The translations under genes and the position numbers were made by a program. A stretch of 64,000 bases of DNA. It comes from a virus. Taxonomy: Duplodnaviria; Heunggongvirae; Uroviricota; Caudoviricetes. Location of the stretch: IMG/VR virus record IMGVR_UViG_3300039159_000198; one strand, written 5' to 3'. Positions 9,596-18,700 of the stretch are shown piece by piece. How positions within the stretch are numbered: the stretch's first letter is position 1; every line of letters begins with the position of its first letter. The notes beneath the pieces are model-generated. The model saw only the letters and a program-made list of their open reading frames with translations. It did no database searches and was not told the origin of the DNA.

Positions 9596-10426
9596 ATGAA
9601 AAAAATTACAATAAAAGAAGGGATTAATGAACAGGGGACACCTGATATGAAATATTACGCATTCGATTGGGATGATAATATTGTTCATATGCCGACAAAA
9701 ATTATTCTTAAAACTAAAGAAGGAGATGAAGTTGGTATGAGTACTGATGATTTTGCGGAATATAGACATAAGATAGGTAAAGAACCATTTGAATATAATG
9801 GTGATACGATTATTGGTTTTGCGGAAGAACCATATAGAAATTTTGGAGTTAAAGGTAACAAAGATTTTTTAATTGATGCCATGAGAGCTAAACTTGGACC
9901 AGCGTTTGACGACTTTAGAGAGGCTATTAACGGAGGTTCTATATTTTCCATCATAACGGCTAGAGGACATAGTCCAAGTACCTTAAAACAGGGTATTTAT
10001 AATTATATCATAAAAGGGTTTCACGGTATTGATAAAGATGAACTAATAAAAAATTTAAAGAAATATAGAAGTATTTTTGGTGATGATGAGATGAGTGACG
10101 GTGAATTAATAAAAAACTATTTAGATATGTGTAGATTCCATCCGGTGTCTTATAATGACCCTGAAGGAGCGTCAAATCCTGAGGAAGCTAAAGTTCGGGC
10201 AATGGATAAATTTGTTGACTATATTAAAGAAACTTCTTCTAAATTAGATAAAAAAGCATTTCTTAAAAAAGACATTAGTAATAATTTTGTACCATCAAAA
10301 CCGACTATTGGGTTTTCAGACGATGATATAAGAAATGTGGAAGTAATGAGTAAACATTTTAAAGACAAACCTGGTAATATTGTTAAAACTTATTCAACTG
10401 CAGGAGGAATAAAAAAAGAATATTAA
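9596..10426 (+). CDS. HAD-superfamily phosphatase (polynucleotide kinase-phosphatase / RNA-repair-like)
   Basis: YAFDWDDNI (DxD motif I), IITARG (motif II), conserved K, IGFSDDD (motif IV); leader MKKITIKEGINEQ. Confidence 0.75.
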   Translation: MKKITIKEGINEQGTPDMKYYAFDWDDNIVHMPTKIILKTKEGDEVGMSTDDFAEYRHKIGKEPFEYNGDTIIGFAEEPYRNFGVKGNKDFLIDAMRAKLGPAFDDFREAINGGSIFSIITARGHSPSTLKQGIYNYIIKGFHGIDKDELIKNLKKYRSIFGDDEMSDGELIKNYLDMCRFHPVSYNDPEGASNPEEAKVRAMDKFVDYIKETSSKLDKKAFLKKDISNNFVPSKPTIGFSDDDIRNVEVMSKHFKDKPGNIVKTYSTAGGIKKEY

Positions 10427-10627
10427 CTAGAAAAAAAAACTAGAATTAAATAAACTAGTTATAAATAAATTAATAAAAAACTAGTAATAAAAAAACTAGA
10501 ATTAAATAAACTAGTTATAAATAAATTAATAAAAAACTAGTAATAAAAAAACTAGAATTAAATAAACTAGTTATAAATAAATTAATAAAAAACTAGTAAT
10601 AAAAAAACTAGAATTAAATAAACTAGT
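10426..10627. repeat. 56-bp tandem repeat (3 full copies plus a partial) containing 12 ACTAG sites
   Basis: Unit ACTAGAATTAAATAAACTAGTTATAAATAAATTAATAAAAAACTAGTAATAAAAAA starting at 10439, 10495, 10551 and 10607 (partial); one extra ACTAG at 10426. Confidence 0.95.
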
Positions 10628-10728
10628 CTGGACTATAATAATAAACATTTAATTTCAGAAAGTCAATAAAAATATTTCCTATTTGGATATATTTATTATA
10701 ATAAACAAAAAAAAATAATTTAAATAAT

Positions 10729-11217
10729 ATGGCTGATTTATTAATGAAAATGCCGATTCCTTACGAACCGAAAAGACAGAATCGATTTATACTAAGGTTC
10801 CCATCAAGTTTAGGAATTAACGAATGGTTTGTTGAGAGTGCTAAAAGACCTGCAATTAAAATTGCGTCAACTGAAATACAATTTTTAAATACGTCAACAT
10901 TTGTTGCAGGTAGATTTAATTGGGATGAAATTTCTGTTAAATTTAGAGACCCAATTGGTCCTTCTGCATCACAAGCTCTTATGGAGTGGGTTCGTTTACA
11001 CGCTGAATCAGTAACAGGTCGTATGGGTTACGCCGCGGGATATAAGAAAGATATTGATTTAGAAATGTTAGACCCAACAGGTGTTGTTGTTGAAAAATGG
11101 ATTTTATATGGTACATTTTTGACTAATGTTGATTTTGGGGCGTTATCTTATAGTACTGATGCTCTTGCTGACATTACAGTATCTCTTCGTATGGATAGAT
11201 GTGTGCTCGTTTATTAG
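10729..11217 (+). CDS. Tail tube protein (gp19-like)
   Basis: YEPKRQNRF, AGRFNWDEISVKF, GYKKDIDLEMLDPTG..VEKW.L.G, VDFG.L.Y; downstream of the sheath. Confidence 0.9.
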   Translation: MADLLMKMPIPYEPKRQNRFILRFPSSLGINEWFVESAKRPAIKIASTEIQFLNTSTFVAGRFNWDEISVKFRDPIGPSASQALMEWVRLHAESVTGRMGYAAGYKKDIDLEMLDPTGVVVEKWILYGTFLTNVDFGALSYSTDALADITVSLRMDRCVLVY

Positions 11218-11281
11218 TTTTTTTTACATAACCTTTACAACCTAAATATAAATCCGTATATTTATCATCAAATGATAATAT

Positions 11282-12862
11282 ATGGATTTTTCTTTTTTTA
11301 CAACAGACAATAAGTCGGGATATAAAACTACTGAAAAGTGGTTATCAAAAAATTACCCCCAACTTTACAACACAATTATTAATTATTCTTTAAAAATTGA
11401 TTTAGAATTACCTTTTAAGGAAAAAATATGGTTTTATTATAATAATCTAATGGAAAGACCTAAGTGTTTAACCTGTGGTTCAGAAATTAAGTTTAGAGGT
11501 AGATTTGACAACCCTTACGGTGAGTTCTGTAAGATTAACTGTTTCAACGGAAATAAAGAAGAAATGGTTAAAAGGCAAACCAATACATTCCAAAAAAAAT
11601 ATGGAGTTAATTATTATCCACAACATAAAGATTTTATTGGAAAACAAAAGAAAACCAAATTAGAAAAATATGGTGATGAAAATTTCAATAATACTGAAAA
11701 GTCAAAAAACACTAAAAAGTTAAAATATGATGACGAACATTATAATAACTCTGAAAAGTATAAAAAAACTTGTTTAGACAAATACGGTGAGGATAATTAT
11801 TCAAGGACAAACAATTATAAAAATAAAATAATTGAAACCTATAAATCTCTTTATCCTAAAATTAATTTTACTGAGGTTAACAAATCGACGGTTATTATTA
11901 ATTGTGATGTTTGTAATGGTGATTCCGAAATCACAAAACAATTATTATATGAAAGAGACAAGAGAAATTATAATCCTTGTATAGTGTGTAACCCTGTTGG
12001 AAATTCAAGTAGAAGCGGTTATGAAAGTGAAATTTGTAATTTTTTAACTGAAAATGGAATTGAATTTAAAACAAACGTAAAAATACCAAACAAAAATACT
12101 GAAATTGACATTTTCTTACCACTTTATAATTTGGGGTTAGAGGTAAATGGTGTTTATTGGCATAATGAGTTATTTAAACCAAAAAACTATCATTTAAAAA
12201 AAACTAATGATTGCGAGGAATCCGGAATTAGTTTAATTCATATATTTGAGGATGAGTGGTTATATAATAAAGAAATTGTTATGTCAATATTGTTAAATAA
12301 AATAGGTAAGACGCCAACATTAATTTATGGGAGACAATGTGAAATAATTGAAATAACTTCTAATGTTTCCAAAAAGTTTTTAATTGAAAATCACATTCAA
12401 GGTAATGTTAATTCTAAAGTAAAACTTGGGTTAACTTATCAGGGTAAATTGGTTTCTGTTATGACATTTTCTAAGGGAAGAATTTTAATGGGAGGCAAGA
12501 GTGATGAGTGGGAGTTAAATAGGTTTAGTAATTTGACTAATGTGAATGTTATTGGTGGGGCATCAAAACTATTTAAACATTTTTTAAAAACACAAAACCC
12601 AATCAAAATTGTGTCTTATTCGGATATTAGAATTTTTAATGGAGGTATGTATGATAAATTGGGGTTTAAAAAAATATCTCAATCAAAACCTAATTATTGG
12701 TACGTTCTTAATGATGTTAGAAAACATAGGTTTGGATTTAGAAAATCAATTTTGGTTAAAGAAGGTTTTGATAAAAACTTAACTGAACAAAAAATTATGT
12801 TTGATAGAAAAATATATAGAATTTATGATTGTGGAAATATTCGTTGGGAGTACTCTTTATAA
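11282..12862 (+). CDS. Hef-like free-standing homing endonuclease (PD-(D/E)xK-type domain, KYG repeats)
   Basis: CxxC motifs, KKYGV/EKYG repeats, EIDIFLP...GLEVNGVYWH...LIHIFEDEW nuclease, then NHIQG, ELNRF, GGASKLF and IYDCG. Confidence 0.8.
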   Translation: MDFSFFTTDNKSGYKTTEKWLSKNYPQLYNTIINYSLKIDLELPFKEKIWFYYNNLMERPKCLTCGSEIKFRGRFDNPYGEFCKINCFNGNKEEMVKRQTNTFQKKYGVNYYPQHKDFIGKQKKTKLEKYGDENFNNTEKSKNTKKLKYDDEHYNNSEKYKKTCLDKYGEDNYSRTNNYKNKIIETYKSLYPKINFTEVNKSTVIINCDVCNGDSEITKQLLYERDKRNYNPCIVCNPVGNSSRSGYESEICNFLTENGIEFKTNVKIPNKNTEIDIFLPLYNLGLEVNGVYWHNELFKPKNYHLKKTNDCEESGISLIHIFEDEWLYNKEIVMSILLNKIGKTPTLIYGRQCEIIEITSNVSKKFLIENHIQGNVNSKVKLGLTYQGKLVSVMTFSKGRILMGGKSDEWELNRFSNLTNVNVIGGASKLFKHFLKTQNPIKIVSYSDIRIFNGGMYDKLGFKKISQSKPNYWYVLNDVRKHRFGFRKSILVKEGFDKNLTEQKIMFDRKIYRIYDCGNIRWEYSL

Positions 12863-12883
12863 AAAAACAAACTCAATTATATT

Positions 12884-12920
12884 TAACCGTAAAGACAATA
12901 AACTTTACGGTTATTTTTTT
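12884..12920 (+). terminator. Hairpin plus T tract directly upstream of the chaperone start
   Basis: TAACCGTAAAG-ACAATAAA-CTTTACGGTTA-TTTTTTT. Confidence 0.55.
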
Positions 12921-12922
12921 AT

Positions 12923-13666
12923 ATGGAAAATCAAACAGCAGATTATGCACAACAAAATTTTACCTTACCACATGATGTAGTCCCACTACCATCGGGAGGA
13001 ATATTTTACAAAAACAAAAAGAAATCTATTAAGGTAGGTTATCTTACGGCAAACGATGAAAACATTTTAATGGCCGGTGGAACTGACATGACCACAAATT
13101 TATTAAGAAGTAAAATTTACGAACCAGATATCAGAGTTGAAGATATGTTAGAAGGCGACGTTGAGGCGGTTTTAATCTTTTTAAGAAACACAGGATTTGG
13201 TCCCGAAATTAATTTAAATTTAATTGACCCTTTAACTCGAAAACCATTTCAATCAGTAGTACTCTTAGACCAGTTATCGATTAAAAATGGTCAAACACCA
13301 AATGAAGAAGGAGTTTTTACAACTACACTACCAAAGTCACAAGTTAGTATTAAATTAAAAATATTAACATACGGTGAAGTTTTGGAGATAAGTAAATTAG
13401 AAGATTCTTATCCTAAAGGAAGAATAGTTCCAAAAATTACTTGGAGACTTCAAAAAGAAATTGTTGAGGTAAATGGAAATACCGATAAATCAGAAATAGC
13501 AAAGTTTATTGAACAAATGCCAATTATGGATTCAAAATACATAAGAAATTTTATGGATGAGAATGAACCACGATTGAATTTAAGTAAAGAAGTAATCACC
13601 CCATCAGGAGAAAAGATGACAGTTAATGTCGGATTTGGGGTTGACTTTTTTCGTCCTTTCTTCTGA
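12923..13666 (+). CDS. Tail assembly chaperone / gp26-like baseplate hub assembly protein
   Basis: LPSGG.FY, YLTANDENIL, GD..A.LIFLR...FG; lies between tube and tape measure; ends DFFRPFF. Confidence 0.75.
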   Translation: MENQTADYAQQNFTLPHDVVPLPSGGIFYKNKKKSIKVGYLTANDENILMAGGTDMTTNLLRSKIYEPDIRVEDMLEGDVEAVLIFLRNTGFGPEINLNLIDPLTRKPFQSVVLLDQLSIKNGQTPNEEGVFTTTLPKSQVSIKLKILTYGEVLEISKLEDSYPKGRIVPKITWRLQKEIVEVNGNTDKSEIAKFIEQMPIMDSKYIRNFMDENEPRLNLSKEVITPSGEKMTVNVGFGVDFFRPFF

Positions 13667-13805
13667 TTATAGAAAAGGTCAAATAGATGAATTCTATTAT
13701 TTAAACACATTACTCAGTATAAGTTATCAGGATTTTCAAACAATGCCATTATTTGTTAGAAAATATTTGTTAGATAAATGGATTGAAGAACACCAAAAGG
13801 ACTGA
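13650..13805 (+). CDS. Frameshift extension of the tail chaperone (G-T type product)
   Basis: +1 frame open from TTT_TTT_CGT: FVLSSDYRKGQIDEFYYLNTLLSISYQDFQTMPLFVRKYLLDKWIEEHQKD*, with no start codon of its own in the first half. Confidence 0.7.
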   Translation, partial: FVLSSDYRKGQIDEFYYLNTLLSISYQDFQTMPLFVRKYLLDKWIEEHQKD

Positions 13806-13820
13806 AAACTCAGTCCTTTT
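13795..13820 (+). terminator. Intrinsic terminator hairpin overlapping the stop of the frameshift extension
   Basis: AAAAGGACTGA-AAAC-TCAGTCCTTTT perfect inverted repeat. Confidence 0.75.
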
Positions 13821-13848
13821 GTATTTATATGTAAATACTATTTAAATT

Positions 13849-15693
13849 ATGGCAGACGGAGACGATAAAAAACACGAAGAATTAAAAAAACTTTTAGTCG
13901 GAAATAATCAAGAAAAATCTTTTGCGACAAAAATGTCAGAAGAAGCTACTGTAACTTTTAAGACATTATCTAAATCGATTCAAGAGAATTATAACGCTCA
14001 AGTAGAACTTAATAGGTCTTTTGGCCAAGGTCAGGAAAGATTAGTCGAAATGCAAAAGGCTATTTCGGATGCTGTTCCAAAAGTTACCCGTTTAGGGGGT
14101 TCAATAACCGATGTTCAGACAGCGATGAGTGAAATTGCTCTTGCTTCAAATCGTAATGTTGTATCTAATAGTAAAGATGTTGAAAAACTTTATGCCGCTA
14201 CAAAATTAATTGATGAGTCCGCCGGAAGTTTAACTAATTCATTTTTGGATATTGGGGTTGGTGTTAGTGAAATACCAAAACAATTGGAGTCTTCAATTAA
14301 TTATATTCAAAGTATTGGAGGTAACACTAGAAAAGTAATGAAAGATGTTACCGCAAATATGGACCAAATGAACCGTTATCAGTTTGAAGGCGGTGTTGCT
14401 GGTTTAACTAAAATGGCTGCTCAAGCATCTATGTTAAGATTTAATATGTCTGATACATTTGCACTGGCAGAAAAAGTTTTAGACCCGGAAGGAGCTATTG
14501 AAACTGCTGCGGCATTTCAAAGACTTGGTGTATCTGCGGGTAATTTAACAGACCCATTTCAATTAATGAATCTATCGATTAATGACCCATCAGGATTACA
14601 AACTAGTTTGGCTGATGTTTCTAAACAATTTACATATTTTGATGATAAAACTAAGACTTTTAAAATAAACCCTCAAGGGGTATTGACTCTTAAAGAAATG
14701 GAAAAATCCGCTGGATTATCTGCGGGTTCATTATCAAAAATGGGATTGGCGGCAGCAGAATTAGACCAAAGAATTTCAGCAATCAATATGGCGGGTTTAA
14801 CCATTGGAAGTGAGGAAGACAAACAATATTTGGCAAATATTGCTAATATGGAAGACGGGACATATAAAGTCAGTCTTGAAGATGGTACTAAAAAAGAATT
14901 GTCGGAATTAAGTCAACCTGAATTTGATAAATTAATTAAAGAACAAAAAACTGGTCCAAAAACTCTTGAAGAGATTGCTAAATCACAATTAAAAATTGAT
15001 GAATCTATGTTGTTGGATGTTAGGTCAATTAGAGAATCATTTGTAAAAGGAATTGTTAGTTCAAAACAGATAGGTAAAGGAATTGCCGGAGCTCAAAGAG
15101 TTGGAAAAGCTGTTTTTGGAGAAGCATCATCGGCAATTAATGCTAAAGATTTTAGGAATATTAGTGAAGAATTAATAACTAATTTAGGTATTGTTGCAAC
15201 AGATTTAAAACAAGGTAATAAACCACTTACAGATGTCTTATCAAATAGTTTAAATAGAGCCGCAGATACTTTTGATGAGGCTAGAAAAAACTTTTCAGAA
15301 ATTTTTAAAGGTTATAAACAAAAAGTCTCAGAAAAAATAACAAATCAAACTGTTGGAGAGAGTATGTTGAAAAATATTATTAGTGAGGATATTAAACCTT
15401 CAGTAAGTAATTCAAAAGTCTCAACAACACCTTTAAATCCATCCGGAGTAAATAATACAAGTACATTACAGAATAATCAACCATCTTCAACTACAACAAC
15501 AAATCAAACAAATCAAACTATTGATGTTGGTGGAAAAATAGTTGTGGATATTACAGCACCTGCGGGTATTAATACACAACAACTTCAACAAATATTTACA
15601 GATACGTTTAATAGTAATAGTTTTGTTAATCATATTGTTGGAATAACAAGTTCAAAAACATTAAAAGAACCAATGTCAAAAACATACGCTTAA
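13849..15693 (+). CDS. Tape measure-like protein
   Basis: Long Ala/Lys/Ser-rich helical protein after tube and chaperone; Ser/Thr/Asn-rich linker and short C-terminal beta element. Confidence 0.65.
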   Translation: MADGDDKKHEELKKLLVGNNQEKSFATKMSEEATVTFKTLSKSIQENYNAQVELNRSFGQGQERLVEMQKAISDAVPKVTRLGGSITDVQTAMSEIALASNRNVVSNSKDVEKLYAATKLIDESAGSLTNSFLDIGVGVSEIPKQLESSINYIQSIGGNTRKVMKDVTANMDQMNRYQFEGGVAGLTKMAAQASMLRFNMSDTFALAEKVLDPEGAIETAAAFQRLGVSAGNLTDPFQLMNLSINDPSGLQTSLADVSKQFTYFDDKTKTFKINPQGVLTLKEMEKSAGLSAGSLSKMGLAAAELDQRISAINMAGLTIGSEEDKQYLANIANMEDGTYKVSLEDGTKKELSELSQPEFDKLIKEQKTGPKTLEEIAKSQLKIDESMLLDVRSIRESFVKGIVSSKQIGKGIAGAQRVGKAVFGEASSAINAKDFRNISEELITNLGIVATDLKQGNKPLTDVLSNSLNRAADTFDEARKNFSEIFKGYKQKVSEKITNQTVGESMLKNIISEDIKPSVSNSKVSTTPLNPSGVNNTSTLQNNQPSSTTTTNQTNQTIDVGGKIVVDITAPAGINTQQLQQIFTDTFNSNSFVNHIVGITSSKTLKEPMSKTYA

Positions 15694-15716
15694 CCTATTT
15701 ATAAATAAAATCGTAG

Positions 15717-18700
15717 ATGCCAAACAGTTCATTAGATTACGTAAATTCAAATGGTTTCAGAAATAGATTGATAACGAGAAATTTAGTACCTTATGCTAAA
15801 TCTCCAAATCGACCTTCTGTTCAAGTTCCGTATGAATACATACAGTCAGATTTATCAGTTATTGATAGTCCTGACCAACTTATTGATGTCTCCTCATTTG
15901 CAAATCAATTATATCCTTTAAACCAATATGGTAATGAGGGTGGTTATAATCAAGTTCCTGACCCAAATGGGTTAACAAATACAGTTTCAAATCAGGGGGA
16001 GTATGGTCCGGGACAACAAGACGCACATATTGTTACGGAAGGATATGATGCAGTAAGGTTATGGAGACCACTTAACGCTTACGCTGATGGATTAAATGTG
16101 TTTGACTCTGCGGAATCATTTTCAAGTTTAGATACTGTTAGACCCGACCAAGATAGACAAGGTAATGGACAACCATACCCGGGGTCAATTGTTGCATCAT
16201 CGTATTCACCATTATCAATCTTATTATCAACAAATCCAACGGGTAGTAATGGTAATATTAGTCAAGATTCCTACATTGCTCGTTTAGGTGCTCAAACACT
16301 TAGAAATGAGTTTCAAGAAAGAATTGCTGCGAGACTAAGGTTGGAAACTATAGGTCAGGCAAATATTTTAAATGTTACTAGTGGTACTGACTTAGTTAAC
16401 ATATTATCAGGACAAGTTCCAATATTAGAGCCTAATTGGCAAATATCAGTTCCTTCAAACCCTATAACTGCGGCTGCCGACTTCGCCCTTAGATTGGGAG
16501 GGAGTATTTTACCTATAAGTTTAATACCGGGTTCTTATTTTGACCCGTCAATTAATCCGGGACAACCAACAACAATCCAACAAGTAACCAACGCAATTGC
16601 GGGTACAACAGTTGGAAACTTTTTTAATCAATTATTGGGGGCTGGTCAAACAGGTTCTCAAATATTTTATAATAATACAGGTGCGGGACAAAAGTCACGA
16701 TTGTTTAAAAACATTGACTTTAACAAATATAAACCACATTATGAAAGAGGTGTGTTTGATAGAGTTGCAGGGGCTTTAACAGGAACATTATCAAATAATA
16801 GTAATTTTTATATTGGGAGTACCAATTCAAATCCTTCAAGAATATTTTCTCCGGGAGGAGATTTACCTGTTGACCAATTTGGTAAAGAACAACAATCACC
16901 GGTATATGGTCCTCAAGAGTTAGCACAACTTTATGAAGGACCAAGTAAAGATATTAGATTAGGCGCAAATGGACCAACATATTCTGACGGTGGAGGTATT
17001 GAAGGTGGATTCACATGGACATCACCAAAGTATAAAGATAATGCGGGTAAAAAAGTTGGGTTAGGTGGTCTTATTACGGGTGAAGACCAAAATTTTAAAC
17101 CTTCTTCATTTAACACAACAGAATCAACAAACAGGGTGTTTAAGGGAGGTTCTATTTTAGATGAAACTCAAAGATTAATTAATAGTCAACCTCAAGGAGG
17201 AAGAAGATTACAACACGTAGGGAATGCTATAGACCAAGTTAGTAAAGTTTTTAACGATGGTTATAAAGAAATAACTAAAGGTTCTAAAGTGTATCGTTAT
17301 GTTGGTGCCGTTGGTCAAGAAGTTGGTACTGAGTATTGTCGTATTTTTGCCAAAGATGTTCCTTATTTACAATATAATAATTTACAAAAAACTGATGGTA
17401 TAACAACATCAGGTAGAAGATTTTCTGATTCGGTATTTGATAATACATATAATTTAAACATTGCTCCAAACAAACAAGAAGGAGGGCAAGATTCAACTAA
17501 CCTTATTGGTGGTATGAATAATGGGTATGCTAAAAAATATATGTTTTCATTGGAGAATTTAGCTTGGAGAACATCAAGTACTCCCGGATTTTCTGTGTCT
17601 GACTTAGCGATATGTGAAAGAGGTCCTAACGGAGGTAGAGTTATGTGGTTTGCGCCTTATGGGCTGGTTTTTAGTGAACAAGTAAGTGCGAATTGGAATC
17701 AAACTGACTTCCTTGGAAGACCTGAACCTATTTATACTTATAAGAATACTAACCGTACGGGTAGTTTAACTTGGAAAGTTGTTGTTGACCATCCATCTGC
17801 ATTAAATGTTGTTGTTAATAAAATCTTAAGTAATGAAACAAATAAAGTTAGGATTGATAGTATTTTAGAATCATTCTTTGCTGGTTGTAGAAAATATGAT
17901 TTATATGAATTGGCTAAAAAATATTATATGGTTAATCCAAATGACTTATATCAATTACAAGAGGCTATTTCATCTAAAGAAACAACTAAAGAACAAACAG
18001 AGTATATTAAAAAAACAGTTCAAACTGGTGTTAATTCACCAACAGGGGCTGATGTCTCGGTATCTCAATCAGGTGGAGGTGGTAATTCTCAAAATTTATT
18101 TAACAAATATCAAAATTTAGGATTTTATTTTGGTAATGATTACCCTAAAAAAAATCAATCAGTACCAAATTATTCGGTTGAATATGATAGATATACAAGC
18201 AAATCTAATACAGATTATTACAATACTAAACCAAACGCGGAACAAACAAGTAATGTATTTAAAACTGTTGTTACCCCAAATTATGAAATTATAAAACAAT
18301 TTACGATTGATTTAGCGAATCAATTAAAACAAAATACGGGTACTGTTACAATTACGATAGACTCTAGTTGCTCTGCTCCTGCTAGTGTAAAATACAATCA
18401 AGAATTATCAGCAAGAAGGATTGAGTCGGCAATTAAATTCTTTAATGAAAATTCAAATATAAAACAATATATTGACAATAAACGACTTATTGTTGTTCCC
18501 GGTAAAGCATTTGGAGAAAGTACAGTTACTCAACCATTGGCGTCTAAAACAGGTGTGGGTCCATTCACAGTAGAAACGTTAACACCTAAAAGTACGGTTA
18601 ATTGTACTAATGAAGATAGTACAGTTATTGGAGGTGATACTCAGGTTGGTGGAAATGATGTATTTACTTATGGTGCGATGGCATGTAGAAGAGCCTATAT

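Noticed and set aside
10426-10627. Possible CRISPR array
   Set aside because: Units are exact tandem copies with no unique spacers, and no cas genes are present.
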